A DNA stretch of 64,000 bases from Nostoc sp. GTDB taxonomy: Bacteria > Cyanobacteriota > Cyanobacteriia > Cyanobacteriales > Nostocaceae. The notes beneath the pieces were generated by a model. That model was not told where the DNA came from. It was given only the letters and a program-made list of their open reading frames with translations, and did not search any database. Below are positions 31,508 through 42,074 of this stretch, piece after piece. The translations under genes and the position numbers were made by a program. Position 1 is the stretch's first letter. Every line of letters begins with the position of its first letter. The DNA is taken from positions 181,565-245,564 of the forward strand of contig JBALDB010000053.1 of assembly GCA_036918135.1 (NCBI GenBank), written 5' to 3'.

Positions 31508-33880
31508 TTAGACGATCGCTAAATCAGTTAAGTTGCCTTTGTATCCAGTAATTTCAATTACGGCATCTGTGAGAGCAGAGAATCCATTAGTATTATTATT
31601 GAGTGCCAGAAAAGTCCGTTGTTCATTGCCTGCACCTAAAGTAAAAGTCGCCGCACCTTTAGCTATAAAAGCAGTTGCACTCAATATTTGTTGTACATTT
31701 GACAACTTCAGACTATCAACAGTACCTAGTTGAACCACATTAGCAGCTGAAACAGTATTGATGCCATCAATTTTATCTTGATAAATGTTAAGGTCAGTAA
31801 TCACATCAAAACTGGACAGCAGCGAATCACTTAGGCTGCTAAATACAAATGTATCACTGCCAGCACCACCTGTGAGAATATCGCCACCAGCGCCGCCATT
31901 AAGCAGGTCACAACCTTTGCCACCAACTAGTTTGTCATTTCCGGCTAATCCAAGGAGTTTATCGTTGCCGTTTTTGCCAGAAATTTTGTCATTGCCAGCC
32001 CTACCAATGAGTGTATCTTTAGAGTTGCCACCACATAAGGTTTTACCTTGGACAGTTCCTTGTCTGGTGGTCTGGCTGATGAGTTGACCATTGCCATCAT
32101 ACAGATAACTGGCAACTGCATCAGTTATGCCATCGGCATTGTTGTCAATATCTGTGGAGGTCAGTATACCATTGGCATTGTAGTTGTAAGTTGTAATCTT
32201 GTCAGCGATGCCAGCATTATTCTTGTCTACTATTTGTGCAGTTAGTTTGTCTTTAGCGTTGTAACTGTAAACAGTGACTTCATCAATGATGCCATCACGA
32301 TTATTGTCAGTTTTCTGTGCAGTTAGTTTGCCCTTAGCATCGTATTTATAAGTAGTGACTTCATCAACAATGCCATCTTTATTATTGTCAATCTTTAGTG
32401 ATTCGAGCTTGCCGCTAAAATCATAGCTGTAAGTACCAACCGCATCAATTACACCATCATTATTTTTGTCATAGCTGGCGGTTGTGCGTCCATAAGTATA
32501 GCTTGTGACATCATCACCTTTGCCATCGTCGTCATAGTCTTCACTTACGGATGTCAGGTTGCCATTGGCATCAAAAGTAGCCGTATAGACTCTATTACCG
32601 TTGCCGTCGCGGTTGTCGTCAATACTAAAGGATGTCCGATTGCCATTAGCATCATAAATAGAGGTTTTGACATAATCAACTTTGCCGTCGCCGTTGTTGT
32701 CTTCGGTATAGGATGTCTCATTGCCGTTGGCATCATAAGTATAGGTTATGACAGAATCAACTTTGCCGTCGCCGTTGGTGTCATAGCTAGAGGATGTCTG
32801 TTTGCCGTTGGCATCATAAGTAGAGGTTACGACAGAATCAACTTTGCCGTCGCCGTTGGTGTCATTGCTATAGGATGTCTGTTTGCCGTCGGCATCATAA
32901 GTATAGGTTCTGACATAATCAACTTTGCCGTCGCCGTCGTCATCTTCGCTTTCGGATGTCAACTTGCCATTGGCATTATAAGTAGCGGTATAGACATCTA
33001 CGTAAGCGATGCCGTTGGAACTGTAATTTCTGCTTTCAAATGTCTTGTTGCCATTGGAATCATAAGTAGCTGTATAGACTGTTGCGTCAGGTGTGCCGTC
33101 GCCGTTTTCGTCAACTCTTTCAAATGTCTTGTTGCCATTAGCATCATAAGTATAGGTTCTGACAAGATCGACTTTGCCGTCGCCGTTGTTGTCTTCGCTT
33201 TCGGATATCACATTGCTGCTAGCATCATAAGTATAGGTATAGACTCTATCAGCTATCCCGTCGCCGTTGCCATCATAGCTATAGGATGAGAGTGTCTTGT
33301 TGCCGTTGGCATCATAAGCATAGGTTGTGACATAATCAGCGTCATAGCGGTTGTCAACTTTTTCGGATATCACATTGCCGTTGCTATCATAAGTATAGGT
33401 AACCACTTCATCAAGTATGCCGCCACTGTCGCTGCTGGCTGTACTACTATAGGATATCAGTCTGCCGTTGGCATCATAAGTAGCGTTATAGGATTGAGGC
33501 CCAGTATATTCGTAGCTAGAATATGAGGATATTAGGTTGCCGTTGGCATTATAAGTAGCGGTATAGACTTGATCGGTTATGCCATCTTCAACATAGCTCT
33601 CGGATGTCTTATTGCCATTAGCATCATAAATAGAGATTGTGGCTCTATCAGCGATGCCATCGCCGTTGTAGTCTTCGCTTTGGGATGTTTGGTTGCCATT
33701 GGCGTCATAGGTATAGGTTGTAACATCCTTATTGGTGGTGCCGTCGAAGGAGCTAGTATAGAATGTCAGTTGATAACCGTAGGTAATAACTAAGTCTATT
33801 GTCCCATCACTGTTATTATCTATGCTTTCAGATATCAGTTTGCCAGCAGCATCGTAAGTATAAGTTGTAGTTGAGGTCAT
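31508..33880 (-). CDS. YD-like/DxxGDG repeat protein with RTX nonapeptides and a bluetail-like C-terminus, probably T1SS-secreted
   Basis: About 23-aa repeats TYTYDANGNxTSxSxDxNGDGKVD, GGxGxDxLxG repeats, C-terminal TFLALNNNTNGFSALTDAVIEITG. RBS aggag upstream. Confidence 0.8.
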   Translation of the reverse strand: MTSTTTYTYDAAGKLISESIDNNSDGTIDLVITYGYQLTFYTSSFDGTTNKDVTTYTYDANGNQTSQSEDYNGDGIADRATISIYDANGNKTSESYVEDGITDQVYTATYNANGNLISSYSSYEYTGPQSYNATYDANGRLISYSSTASSDSGGILDEVVTYTYDSNGNVISEKVDNRYDADYVTTYAYDANGNKTLSSYSYDGNGDGIADRVYTYTYDASSNVISESEDNNGDGKVDLVRTYTYDANGNKTFERVDENGDGTPDATVYTATYDSNGNKTFESRNYSSNGIAYVDVYTATYNANGKLTSESEDDDGDGKVDYVRTYTYDADGKQTSYSNDTNGDGKVDSVVTSTYDANGKQTSSSYDTNGDGKVDSVITYTYDANGNETSYTEDNNGDGKVDYVKTSIYDANGNRTSFSIDDNRDGNGNRVYTATFDANGNLTSVSEDYDDDGKGDDVTSYTYGRTTASYDKNNDGVIDAVGTYSYDFSGKLESLKIDNNKDGIVDEVTTYKYDAKGKLTAQKTDNNRDGIIDEVTVYSYNAKDKLTAQIVDKNNAGIADKITTYNYNANGILTSTDIDNNADGITDAVASYLYDGNGQLISQTTRQGTVQGKTLCGGNSKDTLIGRAGNDKISGKNGNDKLLGLAGNDKLVGGKGCDLLNGGAGGDILTGGAGSDTFVFSSLSDSLLSSFDVITDLNIYQDKIDGINTVSAANVVQLGTVDSLKLSNVQQILSATAFIAKGAATFTLGAGNEQRTFLALNNNTNGFSALTDAVIEITGYKGNLTDLAIV

Positions 33881-34003
33881 AAACTTATGCTCCTGAATAA
33901 ATATTTGTATAACTTACGCTGCATACCAAAGCCTGAGGTCTGCCAATGAATATGGTATAACGGTTCAACCCGATTAACAACAATTTTTTTGCTAGCAACT
34001 AAG

Positions 34004-34029
34004 TTGCTAGTTATAGATTCAAGCGATCG
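34004..34029 (+). repeat. 26-bp direct repeat, right copy (overlaps a HIP1 site)
   Basis: ttgctagttatagattcaagcgatcg(c). Confidence 0.85.
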
Positions 34030-34336
34030 CTTCTAAATGTTACAAATCGTAATTGATAACTCGCAACTTGGGTTAGTAGTCTATCAATTCAACTTTGCGA
34101 AGCTTAAAATTCTCCACGTCCCTTATCCCCGAAATAAATATTTAATGTTAATTAATGCTTGCACAACAAAATGGTAAAACTCAGTTGCTAATGATGGGAA
34201 TTTGCTGCTTGCTATCGATGTCAAATCAGATGCACCCAGCGAAAGCCTTTTAGCACTCTATATACACAATTAAAGGTTATTTATAAAACAAGCCTCACGT
34301 TCAAAAATACTTTTTTATTTTGGTTTCATACAATAA

Positions 34337-34362
34337 AAAACCCAGTATTAATACTGGGTTTT
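34337..34362 (-). terminator. hflX terminator (perfect palindrome)
   Basis: aaaacccagtat-ta-atactgggtttt, just downstream of the hflX stop. Confidence 0.7.
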
Positions 34363-34395
34363 AATATAATTAAAAAAATTATTATATTTCGGTAT

Positions 34396-36141
34396 TTATC
34401 CACGGTCAACGGCATATTCAATCAGCTGGGCAAGGCGCTGACGTAGAGTTTCTAATCCCAATCGCTGACTCGCAGAAATAAACACTGCGAGGGGAAATTC
34501 TTCTCTAGCTAAAGCCAGTGTCTCACTAGTGGCTCGATCGATCTTGTTAAAAACAACCAGCGCTGGCCCAGGAGTGATTGGCATTTGCGCCAGGATTTCC
34601 CTGACTGAACGAATATGACGCAACCAAGCTGGGTGAGATAAATCTACCAAATGCAACAGGGCATCGGCTTCTGTAACTTCCTCTAAGGTGGCGCGGAAGG
34701 CATCTATTAAGGATGTTGGCAGTTCGTGTATGAATCCTACCGTATCTGTAACCAGAATTTCTTGAGGTTCATCAGTTTCGCCATGAGGAATTACCAAGCG
34801 GCGGGTAGTAGGATCGAGAGTGGCAAATAGCTGGTCGGCTGTATAAACTTCTGCGTTAGTCAGAGCATTCAATAGGGTAGACTTACCAGCGTTAGTGTAC
34901 CCAACCAAAGCGACTGAGGGTACTTCTCGATGCTGTCGTCGCTGTCGTAAGCGCGAACGATGCGCTTGTAACTGGTTGACTTCTTTTTGCAGTCGGGAAA
35001 TCCGCTGGCCAATGGCACGTCGTTCAGTTTCCAGTTTAGTTTCACCAGGGCCGCGAGTACCAATACCACCACCCAATCGGGACATGGTACGACCTCTACC
35101 AGCTAGTCGTGGCTGCATATATTCTAACTGGGCTAGTTCTACTTGCAATTTACCAGCGCGGGACTGAGCGCGTTGGGCGAAAATATCTAAAATTACTTCG
35201 GTGCGGTCAACTACACGGACACCAATTTGTGCTTCTAGGTTGCGGACTTGGGATGGAGATAAGTCGCGGTCAAAGACGACGAGATTGACTCCTAGTGTTT
35301 GGGCTGTGAGGGCAATTTCTTGCACCTTACCTTCGCCCACTACTGTCTGGGGATGAATCCGCGATCGCTTTTGTTGTATTGTCTGCAATACATCTCCGCC
35401 AGCTGTATCAACTAAACGTGCTAATTCCGCGAGGGTGTCTTGAAATTGTTGGGGGGTCATTTCATCAGTCATTAACCCGACAATTAACACGCGATCGTGG
35501 TCAGCGTCTACTTCCTGGGCGATAAATTCCCGCTGGAATTCGGCTTCCAGATTTTCCACTAGGTCGAGCAAATCTTGCTGTGCCAGTTCATCCAATTCTA
35601 AAGGTGGCGATATACTCCAACTTGGAGATTGAACTTGCTTCTGGTCTACCTTCAAGCCCGCAGGAGTAGTAATCAAAGTGCGAGAGTCTTGGGGCGTTAG
35701 ATGAGCCAAATAAGCTTCTTTGACGTACCCAGTAGCGCCGCCTCCGCGTCGTGTAAATCCTGTTTTGGTAATGTTTAGCACAACTAAAGCATCTAAGCGT
35801 TGGAGCGCCATAGCCGTGAGTGCGGCTTCATTCGGCGGTTCTGGCTTAAGATGAGTGGCGATACAACGAATACCGCACAGTCGTTCTGCACCGTAACGCG
35901 GCAGTTCCAGTGGTGGGATTTGCGTTTGACGCGGTGTACCTACCCCCACACGAATCACTTGTCCGCGACGGTTGAGGTAAGCACACACAGGTTGATTGAG
36001 TTCTGTGCTAATTGCTGCCAAACGCTGGGAAAACTCAGGTGTGGTGATGCGATCGCCTGGTATGCGTTGGTGATAAAGCCGCTGTAGTTGCTTCAGCTGG
36101 CTGGTTTTTAGACCTTGGAGATTTCCAAAGATAGTCTCTAT
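34396..36141 (-). CDS. hflX: Ribosome-associated GTPase HflX, probable ATA start
   Basis: ILDIFAQRA, RGPGETKLE, GYTNAGKS, LFATLDPT, DTVGFI, NKID. The HflX-like N-terminus ETIFGNLQGLK lies upstream of the ORF-track start. Confidence 0.92.
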   Translation of the reverse strand: METIFGNLQGLKTSQLKQLQRLYHQRIPGDRITTPEFSQRLAAISTELNQPVCAYLNRRGQVIRVGVGTPRQTQIPPLELPRYGAERLCGIRCIATHLKPEPPNEAALTAMALQRLDALVVLNITKTGFTRRGGGATGYVKEAYLAHLTPQDSRTLITTPAGLKVDQKQVQSPSWSISPPLELDELAQQDLLDLVENLEAEFQREFIAQEVDADHDRVLIVGLMTDEMTPQQFQDTLAELARLVDTAGGDVLQTIQQKRSRIHPQTVVGEGKVQEIALTAQTLGVNLVVFDRDLSPSQVRNLEAQIGVRVVDRTEVILDIFAQRAQSRAGKLQVELAQLEYMQPRLAGRGRTMSRLGGGIGTRGPGETKLETERRAIGQRISRLQKEVNQLQAHRSRLRQRRQHREVPSVALVGYTNAGKSTLLNALTNAEVYTADQLFATLDPTTRRLVIPHGETDEPQEILVTDTVGFIHELPTSLIDAFRATLEEVTEADALLHLVDLSHPAWLRHIRSVREILAQMPITPGPALVVFNKIDRATSETLALAREEFPLAVFISASQRLGLETLRQRLAQLIEYAVDRG

Positions 36142-36586
36142 AGGCGTTTTTGACCAGTTAAATGGCCCCCCGAATCCTTCTTATGTCTATTTTACAACAG
36201 GCTTCAGGCTGCCAACTCTCTCCTGTGAGGGATGCGATCTCAATTAGTATCTGTGGAGTCTTAATTTGTAGACTATGACACTATTTTGAATTTTGCAGCA
36301 AGTCTGAGCGCTAAAAGTTGGCGAGCGCAACTTTCCAAGACAGATTTTCGCTTGCCAAAGAGTTAGTGGTAATCGCTTGTGGCAATTCATCTGTCGCAAT
36401 CATTTTTAAAATTAGTATTAATTCGCAATTTAAATTCGCAATTTTAGCTTTACCTGTTTGACCAAATGAAACAGTCCTTTAAGAGTAACCTTTGAACTCA
36501 GCACTCTTCACTAGTGATTGCGTTGTTAAATCTACCCGTATTACCACAACCAGCTTAGGATAGACTAAAAGAATTTTTTGAGTCAA

Positions 36587-36802
36587 ATGGTAGAAAAAAT
36601 CATAGCTGTGTTTAATGGCAAAGTGTTCTATCCGTCCGAACCGATCGCACTGCCAACTAATACCCGTGTGCAAATCAGTATTGAAATTTTACCGCCTGTT
36701 GAACATCAAACAGTATCATTCTTGCAAACAGCGCGATCGCTCAACCTCGAAGGATCGCCTGATTGGTCTGCCAACATAGATAAATATTTGTACGCTAAAT
36801 AA
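36587..36802 (+). CDS. Antitoxin (DUF104/AF2212-like)
   Basis: IIAVFNGKVFYPSEPIALP...DWSANIDKYLY, 7 bp upstream of the PIN gene. Confidence 0.8.
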   Translation: MVEKIIAVFNGKVFYPSEPIALPTNTRVQISIEILPPVEHQTVSFLQTARSLNLEGSPDWSANIDKYLYAK

Positions 36803-36809
36803 ACTTTTC

Positions 36810-37235
36810 ATGCACTCTGAAGTCTTTCTTGATACATCATTTGCTATTGCCTTATCTGCACCAAGCGATCGCTTGCATCACCGAGCTTTACATCTGGCTA
36901 AAATGTTACAAGCGGCAGAAACCCGTTTAGTGACAACACAGGCCATTATGTTGGAAATTGGCAATGCCTTATCCCGACTCCCTTATCGTCAGGCAGCGGT
37001 CGTATTATTAAATTCTTTGGTAGCAGACTCGAAAGTAGAAATTGTCCCCCTTTCCCAGGAACTCTACGAACGTGCTTTTCAGCTTTATTGCGAACGAAGT
37101 GAGAAAGAATGGGGATTTGTCGATTGCGTGTCTTTTATTGTAATGGAATATAGTGGAATCACTGAAGCCTTAACTGCTGACGAGCATTTTCAACAAGCAG
37201 GGTTTCGAGCATTACTGCGAGAAAATTTGCCGTAA
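36810..37235 (+). CDS. vapC: PIN-domain (VapC) toxin
   Basis: VFLDTS, E in MLEIGN, FVDCVSF, LTADEHF acidic residues. Confidence 0.88.
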   Translation: MHSEVFLDTSFAIALSAPSDRLHHRALHLAKMLQAAETRLVTTQAIMLEIGNALSRLPYRQAAVVLLNSLVADSKVEIVPLSQELYERAFQLYCERSEKEWGFVDCVSFIVMEYSGITEALTADEHFQQAGFRALLRENLP

Positions 37236-37430
37236 CTGGGGATTGGGGATTGGGTATTGAAAGTTTACCCATTATCCATTCACTAATTACCCACTTCCTC
37301 ATCTCCCTCATCTTTCCCAGTTCCCAGTCCCCATTACCTCTTATCCCCACAGGGGGGCCACCTTCCCCAGTACCCAGTCCTTATTTCGTTACAATCGGCT
37401 TGTGCGTTAGGCATTCACGAGTTATCAGCC

Positions 37431-38999
37431 ATGAATTTGATTTCCGACCCACCGATTCCTATAAAAATTCAAAAGATGAAGGAACGGGTGCGGTGGATGC
37501 ATCCGAGTTTTATGCAACGGGGAATTGACCAAACGAGCATGGTTATTGACGATCGCAGGTCGGATAATCCAGAATTTTCCTTTATGGTTATCGGCGATTC
37601 TGGTACCAAATCCCATTCTCCACACCACCCCCAGCGAAAAGTTGCCGAACTGATGCTTGCTCACCGCGAGGATTGCAGTTTTGTGTTGCATACCGGAGAT
37701 GTAATCTATGTCGTGGGTTCTCAAGAGTATTACTCAACAAATTTTATTGAGCCTTACCGAGAATTTCTTGTAGGTGGCGAGAACCCGAAAAAGATTTCCT
37801 ATGACCGTATGGTGTTTAATTTGCCGTTCCTGCCTGTACTTGGTAATCATGATTACTATGATGTGCCGTTAATGTACCGTTTAGTTACTGGAACAACATC
37901 GTCACTACGTCGGCTGTTTGGCTATAAAGATATTGAGATTGGCTGGCATGGTTCGTATCAAGGTAATGCCTATGCACGGGCGTTTATGGATTATACAGCG
38001 GCGATGTCTTCCCAAAAGTTAGAAAGTCATTTAGATCGGCACTATACTGCTAAAACTGACACGGGACGCTGTTTGCGTTACCAACCCGGAGAGTTTACTC
38101 GCTTACCCAATCGCTATTATACGTTTCGTTACGGTGGGATTGACTTTTTTGCACTGGATTCTAATACCTTTAATATACCATCACCTTTACCTGTAACTCA
38201 AGAAGGGGAGATTTATCGTCGCGAATTACAAAAGCGTCGCGATGAGATAAGTAGAGAAGAATTGCAGATTTTGAAAATATCCGATGGACTAAACCCAGAT
38301 AAACCCACCCAAGCGGAAAAACTCGATGAACTGAGTGCTAAATTAGACCAAATTGATGAAATCAAAATCGATATTGAAAAACAGTTAACATCTGAGAAAA
38401 TGCCTGCGATCGATTTTGAACAACTTGAATGGTTACGAAGCAGACTCATCGAATCTTGGAATACTTCCGAGGTGCGCGGACGTATCATCTTTTTCCACCA
38501 TCCACCCTATGTTACAGAGGCTACAAAATGGCATCAGGCGCAAACCTTGGCAGTTCGCCACCGCTTGCGCTGGGTATTTGAACAAGTAGCCGAAACTGTT
38601 GGTTCCTTAACTAAAGAGCGTCCAATAGTCGATTTGATTTTAAACGGTCACGCTCACTGTTTGGAATATCTCCGCACAACTGATACCGGATTTGCTGATT
38701 CTCACATTAACTGCATTATTTCTGGTGGTAGCGGTCATCGTCCTCGCTATCAACGGCGAGGGGGGACTGAATTGATGGAGACTTTTGCTGAAATTCCAGA
38801 TAAACCCACTCGTAAAGTTGCTGATTCATTACTTTTTGTCGGTCGGCATGACTACAATTTTTCTAAGCGACTGCCTTACTCATGCGTGCGAATTGATGTT
38901 CTGGATGGTCGTCCACCCAAGTTTATTGTTAGACCATTGATTGCGGAACGTATCGAACAACAGTGGTATAACCACGAACTTAAACCATTTGTGATTTAA
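37431..38999 (+). CDS. Calcineurin-like metallophosphoesterase with a coiled-coil insert
   Basis: IGDSG, TGDVIY, GNHDYY, FHHPPY, NGHAH. Confidence 0.88.
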   Translation: MNLISDPPIPIKIQKMKERVRWMHPSFMQRGIDQTSMVIDDRRSDNPEFSFMVIGDSGTKSHSPHHPQRKVAELMLAHREDCSFVLHTGDVIYVVGSQEYYSTNFIEPYREFLVGGENPKKISYDRMVFNLPFLPVLGNHDYYDVPLMYRLVTGTTSSLRRLFGYKDIEIGWHGSYQGNAYARAFMDYTAAMSSQKLESHLDRHYTAKTDTGRCLRYQPGEFTRLPNRYYTFRYGGIDFFALDSNTFNIPSPLPVTQEGEIYRRELQKRRDEISREELQILKISDGLNPDKPTQAEKLDELSAKLDQIDEIKIDIEKQLTSEKMPAIDFEQLEWLRSRLIESWNTSEVRGRIIFFHHPPYVTEATKWHQAQTLAVRHRLRWVFEQVAETVGSLTKERPIVDLILNGHAHCLEYLRTTDTGFADSHINCIISGGSGHRPRYQRRGGTELMETFAEIPDKPTRKVADSLLFVGRHDYNFSKRLPYSCVRIDVLDGRPPKFIVRPLIAERIEQQWYNHELKPFVI

Positions 39000-39059
39000 A
39001 TTTTTGGCTTAAACGCGTAACACCTGTTTTTGAAACATCACAGATGAAATTACGGTAAA

Positions 39060-39497
39060 TTATTGAGGAATTGGGTCTAAGAAGGTAGTCCCTGGTTTTC
39101 TCATTTGAAATAATACCAACGTAGCTGGCTCAGTTGAGCTAGGATTTCTAGCACGCACAGCCACATTGATAGGCTCCATAATAGCCTTGCCTGCTGGTAC
39201 TGCAATTGAAGGCTGTCCTGATTTGAAATCAACTACATACTCACCACTAATTGTGTAAGCGAACACAGGAGAACCATGTGTATGCCAGATACTAGCCTCT
39301 CCCGGTGCCATAGTCGCTGTTAACATTTCACTTTCTAACACTGATGCTTTCGGTAATTCGCTCGTCTTGACATTAAGAACAACAGTTGGTTCTGCTGCAA
39401 CTGGCTTTGCCGGAGGCTGGGCTAAAGAGATACTCCAATACCCAACCCCAAGCACGACGACAACCAAAACTACGATAATAACTTGTTTGACTTTCAT
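39060..39497 (-). CDS. Exported cupin-domain protein
   Basis: Signal/TM segment and cupin motif PGEASIWHTH...YTISGE. Confidence 0.75.
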   Translation of the reverse strand: MKVKQVIIVVLVVVVLGVGYWSISLAQPPAKPVAAEPTVVLNVKTSELPKASVLESEMLTATMAPGEASIWHTHGSPVFAYTISGEYVVDFKSGQPSIAVPAGKAIMEPINVAVRARNPSSTEPATLVLFQMRKPGTTFLDPIPQ

Positions 39498-39641
39498 CGC
39501 TCACACCTGAAGTTAAGACAGATATTACTATTTCAGCGAAATATTGAAACTCAAATTTTGAAGTGGTTGCATCAACATATTTTTCAATTAGTTTTAGCAA
39601 CATAACTGCCAATACAAGAAACACATTATCACTAAAAATGA

Positions 39642-41903
39642 CTATGGCACAGTAATCACAGCTACTGGACAATGTGCTTTATTCAGAATTGCATCTACTC
39701 TGTGACCTAAGAAAACGCGACCTGTAATCATTCGGATACTGCTCCCAAGAATAATTAAGTCAACTTGCTTGGTTTGGGCAAACTTGAGGATTTCCTTTTC
39801 TGGGCTGGTTCCTTGAAGAATATAGGTTTTGACATCGGCATCTAAATTGCGGCCAATTGCTGCTTGCTGCTCGAGTAAATCGTGAGCAATTTCCTTTACT
39901 GGAGCTAGCGATCGCTGCTCGGAAAGAATATACTCAACCTGTGGTAAATTAATCACGTTCACAATCATCACTAGTGCCCCAGTCTGAGCTGCGATCGTAC
40001 TTGCCACTTCTACGGCATTTTTGCTGTATTCTGTACCCACTGTTGGCACAAGAATGTTTTTCAACTGTTGTTGGGCGATTTTACATGTCTCACCTTTGGT
40101 TTGGGGTAGGTGCGACTTCACCACCATCGTTGCACAAGGGGCTTCTTGTACTACCCGGTCTACAAGCAAATTGAACAATGCTTTTTGGGAGCGTATTTGT
40201 TCAGAGGCTCCTAGTACAATTAAGTCATAGCTTTTGTTTGCTTCATTCAGAATCACCTCTACTTTAGAGCGTCCAGACTCCGTTTTTGTTTGCAGGGTGG
40301 TATCAGTTGGTAGCTGCATTTCGTCAACAACAGAGACAAGAGCTTGCTCAGCAGCGGTATCTTTAACCTGGGTTGCCGTCCGGCGTCCTTTGCTTTGAGG
40401 TTGCTTATCACTCAAGGCATATAGAGCTGTGACTTCTATCGAGTTTTGGTGAGCCATGTGACCAACTAGTTGCGCCGCCAGTTGGATGTTGGGACCACCA
40501 CTGGTCGGAACTAAGATACGGTGAATCTGCTTGACAAAGCTACGGCTGGCCTGTTCTTCTTGTTCCAAACGTCGAGCTTCCTCTTCACCCATAACTACTT
40601 TCGACAGGGTGTAACGTAAAAAAGGTGGAGCCATCAGAGAAGTCACAATCGCCACCATGACTATAATTGAGTACATTTGGGGATTGAGAACTCCCAAAGA
40701 TAAACCAATTGTGGCAACAACAATTTCCATCGCCCCACGCGCATTCATCCCCGAACCCATCGCTAAGGCTTCCCAATGACTCAAGCCGCCGACGCGAGAA
40801 CCAATATAAGCACCTGTAAATTTCCCAATACAAGCAACAGCAAGCACAATCAAACCAAACACAAAAGTCTGGGGAACTAACAGAGTTAGCAAGTTTACTT
40901 TCAAGCCGGCTGCTGCAAAGAAAATTGGCGCTAAAAAGCTGGCTGTGAATATTTCTAGCATGTGTCCTGCCTCATTGCTAAAGCGGCGGGATTGACCTGC
41001 TAAAATCCCCAACACAAAAGCACCTAAGGCTGCTTCCAGACCTAATGCGTGGGTAAGGGCGGCTGCTGAAAGTGAAAGAATCAGTACAACCGACATACTA
41101 GCGGCTACGCCACCAACGTAGTCATCAACCCAGCGCAAAATCTGGTCTATAATAGTACGCCCGATTGTAAAGGCAATGCCGAGAAACAATACTGCTGCAC
41201 TCACGGAATGGAAAATTGTCCCAAAGTCAAATTTGCCACTACTAGCTAAACCTGAAACCACAGAAAGTAAAATCCAGCCGATGGTGTCATCAGTCATGCC
41301 GGCTGCTAAGGTGACTTGACCAATGTCACGGCGAATCAGGTTCAAGTCCATCAACACCTTAGCAATCACTGGTACTGCTGAAATACTCATCGCTGTAGCA
41401 ATAAACAGACTGAATACCAGTCGCTTTTCTGGGTCGCTTAAAAAACTATCTGGCAATACCCAGCCTAGTCCAAATCCGGTGATAAACGGGACAATAATTC
41501 CACCGAGTGAAATCAACAGAGCCGTTTTACCTTTACGCAGAATCAGTTTTAAATCCGTTTCCAACCCAGTCACAATTAGCAAAAATAACACCCCTAACCA
41601 AGAAATTACTGAAAGTAAATCCGACTGTTCTTGGCTTTTGGGAAAGATATTCGCCTGTAAGTCTGGAAAAACCAAACCAAATAAAGAAGGCCCAAGTAGC
41701 ACACCTGCGAGTAATTCTCCAACAACAGGAGGTTGGTTAATCCGGCGCATGAACTCACCTAATCCCCGCGCTACCAAAAGCAACAGCGACAGTTGTACCA
41801 GCACCAACAACAGTTCGTGATGACCGAGAGGTTTAATCAGACTAGCACCTGCTCCTTTCTGTGCAGCTAGTACGGGCAGTAACATTAGGGATAGGTTTTG
41901 CAT
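39642..41903 (-). CDS. Cation:proton antiporter (CPA2) with two USP domains
   Basis: QPPVVGELLAG, AAGMTDDTIGW, GMNARGAME, C-terminal USP domains. Confidence 0.88.
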   Translation of the reverse strand: MQNLSLMLLPVLAAQKGAGASLIKPLGHHELLLVLVQLSLLLLVARGLGEFMRRINQPPVVGELLAGVLLGPSLFGLVFPDLQANIFPKSQEQSDLLSVISWLGVLFLLIVTGLETDLKLILRKGKTALLISLGGIIVPFITGFGLGWVLPDSFLSDPEKRLVFSLFIATAMSISAVPVIAKVLMDLNLIRRDIGQVTLAAGMTDDTIGWILLSVVSGLASSGKFDFGTIFHSVSAAVLFLGIAFTIGRTIIDQILRWVDDYVGGVAASMSVVLILSLSAAALTHALGLEAALGAFVLGILAGQSRRFSNEAGHMLEIFTASFLAPIFFAAAGLKVNLLTLLVPQTFVFGLIVLAVACIGKFTGAYIGSRVGGLSHWEALAMGSGMNARGAMEIVVATIGLSLGVLNPQMYSIIVMVAIVTSLMAPPFLRYTLSKVVMGEEEARRLEQEEQASRSFVKQIHRILVPTSGGPNIQLAAQLVGHMAHQNSIEVTALYALSDKQPQSKGRRTATQVKDTAAEQALVSVVDEMQLPTDTTLQTKTESGRSKVEVILNEANKSYDLIVLGASEQIRSQKALFNLLVDRVVQEAPCATMVVKSHLPQTKGETCKIAQQQLKNILVPTVGTEYSKNAVEVASTIAAQTGALVMIVNVINLPQVEYILSEQRSLAPVKEIAHDLLEQQAAIGRNLDADVKTYILQGTSPEKEILKFAQTKQVDLIILGSSIRMITGRVFLGHRVDAILNKAHCPVAVITVP

Positions 41904-42074
41904 ATAAGCGTCTAGAAGTGGGATTACAAATTTTCAAAGGGCGTGCTTCAAGTAAATCTAAAAATGTTTACTTTCACATCGGTCTAGGGATTAAATTATC
42001 ATTGTCATTACTAACAGCAAGATTATCATGGGCGATCGCCTTCAACTCTAAGTTCACTAGTAAAGCAGATCGAC

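Noticed and set aside
31508..33880. RHS polymorphic toxin
   Set aside because: It lacks the RHS-core cleavage motif, a toxin domain and an immunity gene; the C-terminus is RTX-type.
37159..37528. ORFs between vapC and the phosphoesterase
   Set aside because: They translate STRR DNA (ggggatt, cccagtc) or overlap real genes.
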